Source: an uncultured Mycoplasma sp.
GTDB lineage: Bacteria > Bacillota_I > Bacilli_A > RF39 > UBA660
NCBI GenBank assembly: GCA_945947035.1
Contig: CAMEXD010000002.1
Location: 31,040-95,039, forward strand
DNA length: 64,000 nucleotides
Direction: 5' to 3'
The translations under genes were made by a program, and so were the position numbers. Positions within the stretch are counted from its first letter, which is position 1. Each line of letters begins with the position of its first letter. The notes under the pieces were generated by a model that ran no database searches, had not been told where the DNA came from, and was given only the letters and a program-made list of their open reading frames with translations. Positions 55,333-64,000 of this stretch are shown here, piece after piece.

Positions 55333-56487
55333 TTAAAAATTAAACATAACCCACTCTGGTTTTACAAGTAATAGTAAACCAATTATAAGCATAAGTATTC
55401 CTCCAATTAATTTACTATACTTACTATATTTATTTGATATACCTGTAACTTTAAGTGTAAACATAGCTATTAAAAATACTATTAAATCATCAAGTAAGAA
55501 AAATAATATATAAACAAGTGTATACAAAAATGCAGTAAAGCCTGTAACATTATTAACTGCTAAAATACTAGAAAATAGTACTGGCAATCCTAAAGAACAA
55601 GCAAGTTCTACAAAATTGACACTTATAGCAAGTGTTATAACTCCAATAAGAGATATAATTAAACTTTTTTCTGTAGTAAATTTTTTTATTTTATAAAATG
55701 TTTTTTTACGATTTTCATTTTTTACAACGGTACAACCTGCTTCTTTTTGATTAAGATAACCTTTTAAATTAATTAATCCCGCAACTAATGCAAGTATAGC
55801 TATTATGCTTCTTACTACAATAGTTGATGTTATATTTACAACAATATTTAACCAAGACATCATGATAAGTAAATACATTAAAGCTGATGTTAGTAAAAAA
55901 GTAATTCCTATAATCCATCTTCTTTTTTTATCAGATATACCAATTAAAGAGCTAATTAATAAAATTAATACCCACATAGCACAAGGATTAAAACCATCAA
56001 CTAAACCTAAAACAATAGAAATAAGAACAAGTGAGGTATCTTTTACATTTATTTTGCCAAGAATAGGTATTACTTCTTCATTTTCATTGTTTTCTTTATT
56101 ATCATTATTATTTTCTTCATAGCTGATTTTTTCTAATCCTAATGCTTCTCTTATCATGTTTTCAATTTTTTCATTGTAAATTTCACTATAACCATAAACA
56201 TAAGAATCTCCAACAACAGTAAATGGAACACCCATTCCAGTTACATATAACTTTTGTTTATATGTATTCATTAAATCTTTATTTTCACTATTATTATAAA
56301 CTTCATATCTTTTTATTTCTAAATCAGGATATTTAACTTCCATTTCTTTTAAAAATTCTTTTTCTTTAGCGCAATGAGGACAACCTTCTCCATAGAAAAA
56401 ATGCATTGTTGCATCTTTTGCTTCTACTAAAGTGATTGATGTAAAAAACAAAATAAATAAAAATAAATATTTTATAATTTTTTTCAT
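55333..56487 (-). CDS. Exported thioredoxin/glutaredoxin-like domain (CPHC) fused to a CcdA/DsbD-like transmembrane electron-transfer domain
   Basis: Signal peptide, then FFYGEGCPHCAKEKEFL. TM cysteines in VDGFNPCAMWVL and VELACSLGLPVLF. Confidence 0.7.
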   Translation of the reverse strand: MKKIIKYLFLFILFFTSITLVEAKDATMHFFYGEGCPHCAKEKEFLKEMEVKYPDLEIKRYEVYNNSENKDLMNTYKQKLYVTGMGVPFTVVGDSYVYGYSEIYNEKIENMIREALGLEKISYEENNNDNKENNENEEVIPILGKINVKDTSLVLISIVLGLVDGFNPCAMWVLILLISSLIGISDKKRRWIIGITFLLTSALMYLLIMMSWLNIVVNITSTIVVRSIIAILALVAGLINLKGYLNQKEAGCTVVKNENRKKTFYKIKKFTTEKSLIISLIGVITLAISVNFVELACSLGLPVLFSSILAVNNVTGFTAFLYTLVYILFFLLDDLIVFLIAMFTLKVTGISNKYSKYSKLIGGILMLIIGLLLLVKPEWVMFNF

Positions 56488-56738
56488 GATAATTCCTCCA
56501 TCACGTTTTTTAACTCTTTTATGGAATGCTCTCCTACTAATCTTTTTATTTCTTTATCATCTTTAAGAAAGATAAAAACAGGTAAAATATCTCCAACATT
56601 ATATTTTTCTATATCATCAAAGTCATAATCAAGATTTATTGTTTCAATATTTCTTTCTTTTAATACTTCATTCCATCTATTATTCATAATAAGACAACTA
56701 CTACACCATAAAGCTGTTATTTTTATTACTTTCATCAT
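56484..56738 (-). CDS. Small cytoplasmic thioredoxin-like protein (WCSSC)
   Basis: 84 aa. ITALWCSSCLIM active-site-like motif. There are 4-nt overlaps with both neighbours. Confidence 0.7.
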   Translation of the reverse strand: MMKVIKITALWCSSCLIMNNRWNEVLKERNIETINLDYDFDDIEKYNVGDILPVFIFLKDDKEIKRLVGEHSIKELKNVMEELS

Positions 56739-57850
56739 TTTAACTCCCCTATTTTTTTTGTTAATACTTTTAAAAAGGTATCAATTTCTTCTTTAGTTGT
56801 TAAATATGACAAACTTATTCTAATACTATGACTTGCATAATCTTCATTTTTTGTAAGTTCATAAACTGCAATAGATTTTTTTGATGTTGAACAAGCAGTA
56901 TTTGTTGAAACATAAATATCTTCTTCTTCTAGAGCATGTTGCATTGTTTCTGGTTTTATATTTTTAATACTTATATTTAAAATATGTGGTATAGCAGAAG
57001 TAGGACTATTGATGTTGATATCTTCATTATCTTTTAGTTTTTCTCTTAAATAATTGTTTAATTCAAGTACATGATTATATTTATCATCAAAATCTTCATA
57101 AACTAATCTTAATGCTTTAGCACATGAACAAATTAAGTTTGTAAAAGGTGTACCACTTCTATAAATTGTTGTTGATTTACCACCATGAATAAGTGGTTCA
57201 ATAACAATATTTTCACGTTTTATTAAACAACCAATTCCTTTAAAGCAATAAAACTTTTGAGCAGAAAAACTTGCTAAATCAACAAAACTTAAGTCTATTT
57301 TTTCTTTACCAATACTTTGGGTTATATCACTATGAAAATAAGCATTAGAATTTTCTTTTATTATTTTACCTATTTTATTTATATCTTGACTGATTCCAAT
57401 TTCACTATTAACACTTGAAATTGAAACTAAAATAGTATCTTTTCTAAGTAATGATTTTAAATTATCTAAATCAATTTTACCATTTGAATCTATATCAACA
57501 AAAGAAACTTCAAAACCTAAATTTTGCAAATAAGAAATAGGAGCGGTAACAGATGAATGTTCTAATCTTGTTGTTATAATATGTTTTCCTCTATTTTGAT
57601 ACTTTAAACATATTCCTTTTATAGCAGTATTATTTGATTCACTTGCTCCACTTGTATAAATTATTTCTGTTTCTTTGATATTTAAAATATTAGCAATCTG
57701 TTTAGTTGAAGCGTCAATTAATTTTTTGGCATCAAGTCCTAATTTATGAAGTGAATTAGGATTGCCAAAATAATCAGTTGTAGCTTTTATAAATGTATCT
57801 AACACGCTCTTATTAACTGGTGTTGTCGCAGAATAATCTAAATAAATCAT
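56735..57850 (-). CDS. Class I (NifS/IscS-like) cysteine desulfurase
   Basis: MIYLDYSATTP N-terminus, TSGASESNN, PLP-lysine region FSAQKFYCFKGIG, and an active-site loop containing TACSTS. Confidence 0.8.
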   Translation of the reverse strand: MIYLDYSATTPVNKSVLDTFIKATTDYFGNPNSLHKLGLDAKKLIDASTKQIANILNIKETEIIYTSGASESNNTAIKGICLKYQNRGKHIITTRLEHSSVTAPISYLQNLGFEVSFVDIDSNGKIDLDNLKSLLRKDTILVSISSVNSEIGISQDINKIGKIIKENSNAYFHSDITQSIGKEKIDLSFVDLASFSAQKFYCFKGIGCLIKRENIVIEPLIHGGKSTTIYRSGTPFTNLICSCAKALRLVYEDFDDKYNHVLELNNYLREKLKDNEDININSPTSAIPHILNISIKNIKPETMQHALEEEDIYVSTNTACSTSKKSIAVYELTKNEDYASHSIRISLSYLTTKEEIDTFLKVLTKKIGELK

Positions 57851-57946
57851 AATATCACTTCTTTCACAAGAACAATTATATCAAAAATTGTTATAAAAAA
57901 AAAGAAATTACTTCATCATTATATTAACAAAGTAATCTTTTAATTT

Positions 57947-59086
57947 TTATTGTATTTCACTTAAATAAATAACAATATTTTCTCCACTAATACTAACATT
58001 TCCATTTTTTAAATTGGCTGTTTCGTTTTTAATGGTAAAACTTGTATTTGGCTCAATATTTAAATTATCAAAAGTAACTGTTACTGTTGCATTAGTTCGT
58101 TTTCCTAAAAATGTTACAGTTTGTCTATAAAGTACTCCATCAACATCCAAAACAGAATTAATACTATTAGTTGCTCCTGTTCCACTTGAATAAGTAAGTG
58201 TTACTTCTATTTTAGAAATTACTTTATTTGTTAAATTTATACCACCAACTTCACTATTTAAAAAATCACTTACATTAATTGGGTTTGAAGAACTAATATC
58301 ACTAACAGGCAAATTAAATTCATTTCCATCACCTTGAATTGGCAAATCCATGTTGATAAAACAATTAATAGTTAAATCAGAAGTCACGTTATTTACAGTT
58401 AAAATACCATTACTATAACTATAATCATTTGGTTCTAATTCTAAAACTTGTACAGCTGAAGGTATTACATCAACAAAAGTAATAGTCAAGTTTTCTCCAT
58501 CTAATACTTCACTAGGATAATTACTATAATCATCAATTCCAACATAATTTATATGATGAAAGTCTTTAAAAAAAAAATTTAAATATGAATTAAGAATATT
58601 ATTATCTGCTAAAACTTGATTTAAATAAGAAAAAGTAATATCAAAAGTTACACTATCATTTATCTGTAATCTATCTCCATTCTTTAATCCATTAAGTGAA
58701 AAAACTATACTCTCATTATCATAAAATTCAGAATCATATTTAACACTATCAAAAATTTGAACACTATTAGAATTATTAACAATAGTTATTGTATATGTAA
58801 CAATTGATGATGCATCTGTTTCTGATAAAACAGTTTTACTACTAAGCATTGTTTGATAATAATTATTAATATTAGATAAATCAACGTCAACTCCTGAACT
58901 TTTTATAGAAACATCAGAAATATATATTCCTGTTTCTACTTTAGATGCTAAATTTCCTAATATATTTAAAGTTATTGAATTAACAGAAGCATATCCAATG
59001 GACATTAATAAAGTAGCAATTACGAATATAAAAGAAAAAATTTTATTAGAAGATACTAATTTCTTTTTTTTATTTTTCTTTAACAT
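57947..59086 (-). CDS. Secreted protein (379 aa) with a TasA/SipW-type-like N-terminus
   Basis: KKKKLVSSNKIFSFIFVIATLLMSIGYASVNS, then a beta-rich, N/S/T-rich sequence. Confidence 0.65.
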   Translation of the reverse strand: MLKKNKKKKLVSSNKIFSFIFVIATLLMSIGYASVNSITLNILGNLASKVETGIYISDVSIKSSGVDVDLSNINNYYQTMLSSKTVLSETDASSIVTYTITIVNNSNSVQIFDSVKYDSEFYDNESIVFSLNGLKNGDRLQINDSVTFDITFSYLNQVLADNNILNSYLNFFFKDFHHINYVGIDDYSNYPSEVLDGENLTITFVDVIPSAVQVLELEPNDYSYSNGILTVNNVTSDLTINCFINMDLPIQGDGNEFNLPVSDISSSNPINVSDFLNSEVGGINLTNKVISKIEVTLTYSSGTGATNSINSVLDVDGVLYRQTVTFLGKRTNATVTVTFDNLNIEPNTSFTIKNETANLKNGNVSISGENIVIYLSEIQ

Positions 59087-59237
59087 AATTATCCTCCATC
59101 ATCATAGTAATTTAAAAGTAGATTTATGTCAAGTTTATAAACATTATTTATTTATAAATTTATTTCATTAACCTAAATATTTATTTAAAAAAACCCCACA
59201 TATTTTTAAATGTGAGGAGATAATAAATTTACTATTT

Positions 59238-59540
59238 TTATCTTGCTCTAAATAAATAATTAACCAAATAGATTAAAAACCAAACAAAAAATATTATTAA
59301 AATCCAAGATAAAACATCATAAAATAAGCCACTGGAATATTTTGCAAGTATATCAAATATTGAATCAGGTAAATTATTATTAACAAAACTTGCAACTTCA
59401 GGTATTCCCAAATGATTTGCTATATAATGTACTAATCTTAAAAATATTTCAATTATTCCTATTAAATAAGTAACCCATTTGATATCTCTTAATAAAAATA
59501 CAACAAGTGCCAATAAAAGCAAGAATATAATTAAATCCAT
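59238..59540 (-). CDS. Small membrane protein (100 aa)
   Basis: Three hydrophobic segments. SD GGAGG upstream of the start. Confidence 0.55.
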   Translation of the reverse strand: MDLIIFLLLLALVVFLLRDIKWVTYLIGIIEIFLRLVHYIANHLGIPEVASFVNNNLPDSIFDILAKYSSGLFYDVLSWILIIFFVWFLIYLVNYLFRAR

Positions 59541-59603
59541 AAATTTTTACCTCCTAGTATAAAGTAATTATATCATTATTATTAAAAGATTAAAAGTTTT
59601 TTT

Positions 59604-59638
59604 TATAAAATAAAAATCAGAAAAAGATATTTCTGATT
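59604..59638 (-). terminator. Rho-independent terminator after tRNA-Glu
   Basis: The minus strand reads AATCAGAAA-TATCTT-TTTCTGATT followed by TTTATTTT. Confidence 0.75.
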
Positions 59639-59650
59639 AACTTTAAAATT

Positions 59651-59727
59651 TGGTGATCCGTATGGGGTTCGGACCCATGAATATTGCCTTGAGAGGGCAA
59701 CGTGTTAAACCACTTCACCAACGGACC
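59651..59727 (-). tRNA. tRNA-Glu (anticodon CUC), CCA encoded
   Basis: Hand-folded. Acceptor stem GGTCCGT/ACGGATC. Anticodon arm TTGCC-CTCTCAA-GGCAA. T arm ATGGG-TCCGAAC-CCCAT. Discriminator A, then CCA. Confidence 0.8.
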
Positions 59728-59734
59728 AGGAAAA

Positions 59735-61375
59735 TTATAATGCTTTACTAAACATCATAATTCTATTTTTAATACTATTATTATCTAATACTTTTAATAT
59801 TTCATACAAGTCAGGTGTTGTAGTAAGAGAAGTTATTGCAACTCTTATAAGTTCACAAACATCTCCAACATGTCCTTTGTAATTATCAGGATTTTCTTTA
59901 TATAGTTTTACTTCTTTTGCAAAACCATATTTTTCTGCGACAAGTTTAATCTTTTCAAACCATTCATCTTTAGAATCATTACTATCATAATAATTTGAGA
60001 AATAATCATTTAAAATTTCAACATCGTAATAATCCTTTTTTTCTATTTCTTTATAAGCATCACTATTAAATAATTCATCAAACATATACCAAGTATATTT
60101 TCTAACATCACTGTAACTTGCTATATCTTTTCTTGGTCTTTTTATATATTTTTCTATATTTAAAATAGAAATTAATTTATCTTTATTATTATTCGCTATT
60201 TCATAAAATTCTTCATCATAAGTTTTTAAATAAGGCAATAACTTTGAAACAATATCTTCTCCACTTTGTCTTGAAAAATATATTTTTGATATGTTCATTA
60301 ATTTATCAATGTCAAATAAAGATCCCCCAATTGGCATTTTATTAAAAGTAAAAGTAAAATCATCAATTGTTTTATCAGTATTACTATTATACCATTCTTC
60401 AAAATTTGAATTATTAATTGTTGCTAAATAGAGATTTATTACTTCACTTGGAATACCTAATTTAGCATAATAACTTATTGCGGCTTCTTTATCTTTTCTT
60501 TTACTAAGTTTTCTTATTGTATTTCCTTCTTTAATAGTAATTGGTGCAATATGAGCATATTTTGGAAGTTCAAAACCTAACATTTTAAATAATTGTTCAT
60601 GAATTGGATAACTTGCAACCCATTCATCACCACGAAAAACATGAGTAGTTCTCATTAAATGATCATCGACTGCATGAGCAAAGTGATATGTAGGAAGTCC
60701 ATCACCTTTTATTATTACAATATCAAGATCATTTTCAGGCATTTCTATTTTACCTTTTATCAAATCATTTAAAACTATTTTATTTAAAAAACTGCCATTA
60801 GATTTTAAACGGATAATGTATTTTTCTCCATTTTTTACTTTTTCGATAACTTGTTCTCTTGTTAAGTTTCTACATTTTGCATAATTACCATAATAACCTA
60901 TTCTATCTTTTGAAACTTCTTGAAGTGTTCTTATTTCATTTAAATCATCTTCAGTACAAAAACAAGGATAAGCTTTGTCTTCTTCAATTAATTTTTTAGC
61001 AAATGCTTTATAGATATCTTGTCTTTCGCTTTGAACATAAGGGGCATATAATCCACCTTTTATAGGATCTTCATCAAATGATATATCAAGACTTTTAAAA
61101 TCATCAAGAATTCCTTCAATTCCATTTGAAACTGTTCTTTTACCATCAGTATCTTCTATTCTTAAATAACAAACACCACCAGTTTGTTTTGCAAATCTAA
61201 GATCTGAAAAAGATGTATACAAACTTCCCATATGAACAAAACCTGTTGGTGATGGTGCAAATCTTGTAACCATTGCCCCTTCTTTTAAGTTTCTTTTTGG
61301 ATATTTATCTTCATAGTATAAATAATCATGAGATACATTTGGAATTAAAAAATCGCTATATTCTTTATCAGTCAT
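59735..61375 (-). CDS. gltX: Glutamyl-tRNA synthetase (long Clostridia-type GluRS)
   Basis: RFAPSPTGFVHMGSL (HIGH region), YLRIEDTDGKR, KLSKRK (KMSKS). The start is moved to MTDKEYSDF (ATG at 61375, SD GGAGG). The track's N-terminal extension reads through tRNA-Gln. Confidence 0.9.
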   Translation of the reverse strand: MTDKEYSDFLIPNVSHDYLYYEDKYPKRNLKEGAMVTRFAPSPTGFVHMGSLYTSFSDLRFAKQTGGVCYLRIEDTDGKRTVSNGIEGILDDFKSLDISFDEDPIKGGLYAPYVQSERQDIYKAFAKKLIEEDKAYPCFCTEDDLNEIRTLQEVSKDRIGYYGNYAKCRNLTREQVIEKVKNGEKYIIRLKSNGSFLNKIVLNDLIKGKIEMPENDLDIVIIKGDGLPTYHFAHAVDDHLMRTTHVFRGDEWVASYPIHEQLFKMLGFELPKYAHIAPITIKEGNTIRKLSKRKDKEAAISYYAKLGIPSEVINLYLATINNSNFEEWYNSNTDKTIDDFTFTFNKMPIGGSLFDIDKLMNISKIYFSRQSGEDIVSKLLPYLKTYDEEFYEIANNNKDKLISILNIEKYIKRPRKDIASYSDVRKYTWYMFDELFNSDAYKEIEKKDYYDVEILNDYFSNYYDSNDSKDEWFEKIKLVAEKYGFAKEVKLYKENPDNYKGHVGDVCELIRVAITSLTTTPDLYEILKVLDNNSIKNRIMMFSKAL

Positions 61376-61391
61376 AAATACCTCCTTATTT

Positions 61392-61467
61392 TGGCTGCCC
61401 AGGTGGGATTCGAACCTACGAAATCTCGGAGTCAGAGTCCGATGCCTTACCGCTTGGCTACTGGGCA
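61392..61467 (-). tRNA. tRNA-Gln (anticodon CUG), CCA encoded
   Basis: Hand-folded. U1-A72 acceptor stem TGCCCAG/CTGGGCA. D loop AGCGGTAA. Anticodon arm TCGGA-CTCTGAC-TCCGA. T loop TTCGAAT. Confidence 0.85.
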
Positions 61468-61522
61468 ACAAAAACTAACGCATTTAGTATACCACAAATT
61501 ATAAAATTAAAAAACTATATTT

Positions 61523-62263
61523 TTATTTTTTTCTTACAAATTTATTTTCATAATCACTACAAATAGGCATAATATAATACCCTTTTAAATCATCAAATGT
61601 CTCCCAAGTATCTTTTAGAGTTAAAACATTTATTATAAATGACTTTGACTCTTTACTATACATAAGAGAATTAACACACTTTTTAGATTTAATTGATACA
61701 TCATTTTTATTATCAATTAAAATACATACCTGATTTTTATTTCCTATTAATTTTCTAAAATTAGTTATAAAAACTTCAAGATCTAGATAAGGAATTTTTA
61801 CATTCTTTAAGTCACCCTTAAAATTTCCTGTTTCTAAATAATAATGATATTCTTCCTTATAAAAATTTTTGGTATTTTTTAACTCTTCTAAAAGTTTATC
61901 TAAATCATTAATAGATATAGTTTTATCGTATAAAAAATAATTATTAATCTTATCTAAAAAAGTTTTACTATCTAATTTATTAAATAAATCCTCATGTTTT
62001 AATTTTCCAAGTAAAGCAATAGCTATACTAAAACCAAGATATTCACTACAAATCGTGTTTAAAGTAACATTATCAAATGACTTTTTTACTTCTTTTTTAG
62101 GTAATCCAAAATCATCAACATAGACAATAATAGGAACATTGCTATTACAAACAATTTTACTATCACTAGAAATCTTTTTAGCTATTTCTGTTTTAAAATT
62201 ATCGTCATCAAAATAGATAAAACTATTTATATCATTATAAAACATATTATTCATACACTCCAA
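61523..62263 (-). CDS. Hypothetical protein (~243 aa); start uncertain (TTG at 62263 or ATG at 62254)
   Basis: ORF with GGAGGA upstream. I recognise no motif. Confidence 0.5.
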   Translation of the reverse strand: MECMNNMFYNDINSFIYFDDDNFKTEIAKKISSDSKIVCNSNVPIIVYVDDFGLPKKEVKKSFDNVTLNTICSEYLGFSIAIALLGKLKHEDLFNKLDSKTFLDKINNYFLYDKTISINDLDKLLEELKNTKNFYKEEYHYYLETGNFKGDLKNVKIPYLDLEVFITNFRKLIGNKNQVCILIDNKNDVSIKSKKCVNSLMYSKESKSFIINVLTLKDTWETFDDLKGYYIMPICSDYENKFVRKK

Positions 62264-62339
62264 ATCCTCCTAAATATAATTATATTATACTATATATATA
62301 ATATTTTTGTTAATAAAAATTAGTAAGTAAAATTACCTA

Positions 62340-62819
62340 CTAATACATTTTTTTATTATTTATTTTATTAAATTCATCAAATACTTTTTTAGCATCATCA
62401 TTTTCAATATGATGTAGTTTTAAAAGATTTTTATCTTCACCTTTTAAATAAGAGTAAATAATATCATCTCTAAAACCTATTTCATCTGCATCTTTTTTTG
62501 TATTACAATAATATACTTCTTTAATATTTGACCATATAATAGCAGATAAACACATTGGACATGGTTCAGCACTTGTATATAAAATACAATTACTTAAATC
62601 ATGAGTATTTAAAATTTTTGAAGCTGTTCTTATTGCATTAATTTCAGCATGTGCTGTTGCATCATGATTTTCAACAACAGTATTGTGACAACTACAAATA
62701 ATTTTTCCATTACAAACTATAACTGCTCCAAAAGGACCTCCATTATTATAATTATTTTTTAAATTATATCTTGATTCTTCAATCGCTTTTTCTATTGCTA
62801 TATTATCTATTTCATTCAT
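62340..62819 (-). CDS. guaD: Guanine deaminase (CDA-fold, GuaD-like)
   Basis: GGPFGAVIV, DATAHAEINAIR and EPCPMCLSAIIWS are collinear with B. subtilis GuaD as I recall it. It ends KKMY, compared with KKEY in GuaD. Confidence 0.75.
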   Translation of the reverse strand: MNEIDNIAIEKAIEESRYNLKNNYNNGGPFGAVIVCNGKIICSCHNTVVENHDATAHAEINAIRTASKILNTHDLSNCILYTSAEPCPMCLSAIIWSNIKEVYYCNTKKDADEIGFRDDIIYSYLKGEDKNLLKLHHIENDDAKKVFDEFNKINNKKMY

Positions 62820-63229
62820 AAATTTACCTCTTTTTAATTATTAAATTATTGTTTCTTCATCTATCATTTTACTAATGTTAGGTTCATCAAAATAAATAGT
62901 TTCTACATCTTCTGTTGTTTCTACTAGAGAAGTTTTATTTTGATTATTTTTCTCTATATCAATAGTTTTTATTCTTAATAAATAATGTCATTATTATTTT
63001 TTGAATCTAATGAAATATATTATTTATGGTAAGTAAAACTACAAATTTATATTCAAAATTACCACATTTTCATTGAGTAATAGTAACAAATAGAATTTAA
63101 TAGCAATACAGCTATCATTAAAAGACTTATTATCTTAGACTATTTGTAACTTAAGTATAACAGATAAGGCATCAAATGAAAATAGTTTTTTTTAACATTT
63201 GATGAATTTAATTATGATCTTTTTGTAGT

Positions 63230-63260
63230 AATAAACAAAAAAAGTTCCATAACGGAACTT
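63230..63260 (-). terminator. Rho-independent terminator after the glutamate-synthase-like gene
   Basis: The minus strand reads AAGTTCC-GTTAT-GGAACTT followed by TTTTTTGTTT. Confidence 0.75.
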
Positions 63261-64000
63261 CTAAACATGATAAATGTTAGTATATTCAGATATTTCTCTA
63301 TTTGTAGTTACAATATCATTATTATTTAAATCATGAATATCATTATGACCAGTAATTCTTGCAAATGTTTTTAATTCATCATTTACTACTTTTAAATAAT
63401 TATAAAGTCTTTCTGATGATATATCAATTTTAAGTCTATTTTCAAGAGTTTGTTCTTGAGTTGCTACTCCTACTGGACATTTGCCTGTTTCACAAATTCT
63501 ATATTGTTGACAAGCAATAGACATCATTGCAGCAGTACCAATAGCAACAGCAGTTGCACCCATTGCTAAAGCTTTAGCAATATCACTAGATACCCTAAAA
63601 CCGCCAGTTATAACCAAATCAATATCTAAATTATGATCATTTAAATATTTTTTAGCACGATATAAAGCGTAAATAGTTGGAACAGAAGTAGCATCTTTTA
63701 TTATTTTTGGACTTGCTCCAGTTGCGCCACCTCGACCATCTATAGTTATAAAATCAGGATTAGCATAAGTAATATATTCCAAATCTTGTTCAATATGACC
63801 TGCAGCTATTTTTACGCCAATTGGTCTTCCTTTGCTTCTTGTCCTTAATTCATCAACAAAGTTTTTTAAGTCTTCCTTGCTATTAATATTAGAAAACTTA
63901 GAAGGACTAATAATATCTTCTCCGACTTTTTTACCACGAATTTTTGCTATTTCTTCAGTGACTTTAATTCCAGGCAAATGTCCTCCCATACCAGGTTTTG
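63261..64000 (-). CDS. FMN-binding glutamate-synthase-domain-2-like protein; the 5' end lies outside the window
   Basis: GGHLPGIKV, PIGVKIAAG, IDGRGGATGASP and ITGGFR. The frame stays open to the window edge. Confidence 0.75.
   Translation of the reverse strand, partial: KPGMGGHLPGIKVTEEIAKIRGKKVGEDIISPSKFSNINSKEDLKNFVDELRTRSKGRPIGVKIAAGHIEQDLEYITYANPDFITIDGRGGATGASPKIIKDATSVPTIYALYRAKKYLNDHNLDIDLVITGGFRVSSDIAKALAMGATAVAIGTAAMMSIACQQYRICETGKCPVGVATQEQTLENRLKIDISSERLYNYLKVVNDELKTFARITGHNDIHDLNNNDIVTTNREISEYTNIYHV

Noticed and set aside
61376-61471. N-terminal extension of the gltX ORF (MLPSSQAVRHRTLTPRFRRFESHLGSQNKEVF)
   Set aside because: The extension is simply tRNA-Gln read as protein. 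A GGAGG SD and an ATG at 61375 give the canonical GluRS N-terminus.

Overview
The window is a very AT-rich, Firmicutes-like chromosomal segment. It uses the standard genetic code and has Gram-positive-type Shine-Dalgarno (SD) sites, a T-box leader, sortases and mreCD. Almost every gene is on the minus strand. The only plus-strand genes are rnj, a 51-codon ORF at 39624 and a small membrane protein at 39877.

Housekeeping genes:
- ackA, nrnA, engB, radC-mreC-mreD
- sufC / sufD-like / sufS / sufU
- proS, typA, rnj, trmL, thrS
- gltX flanked by two tRNAs
- guaD and a glutamate-synthase-like gene

Accessory envelope content is interleaved with these:
- four large secreted or anchored proteins, two of them ending in a shared Cys-rich module
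- two sortase-substrate pairs, one with a thioester-domain adhesin operon that also encodes an ABC transporter
- a MacB-type transporter
- a LiaF/DUF4097 cluster
- several exported thioredoxin-fold proteins

I saw no rRNA, CRISPR array, transposase, integrase or phage genes.

Most interesting unannotated signals:
1. A convergent sRNA / 23-aa hydrophobic peptide cassette built around a hairpin present three times (15530-16010). It is a candidate type I toxin-antitoxin locus.
2. A Cys-rich C-terminal module shared by the 972-aa and 754-aa surface proteins.
3. A self-contained mini-gene for an 18-aa CC..C peptide at the end of a cysteine desulfurase / thioredoxin / CcdA-like operon.
4. A GC-rich 51-aa Gly/Tyr-TM-Cys/His mini-protein.
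5. A very compact tRNA-Gln(CUG)-gltX-tRNA-Glu(CUC) unit.
6. A glycosyltransferase-kinase fusion at the left edge that the ORF track misses.

All functional calls come from motifs I read in the translations. No database search was possible.
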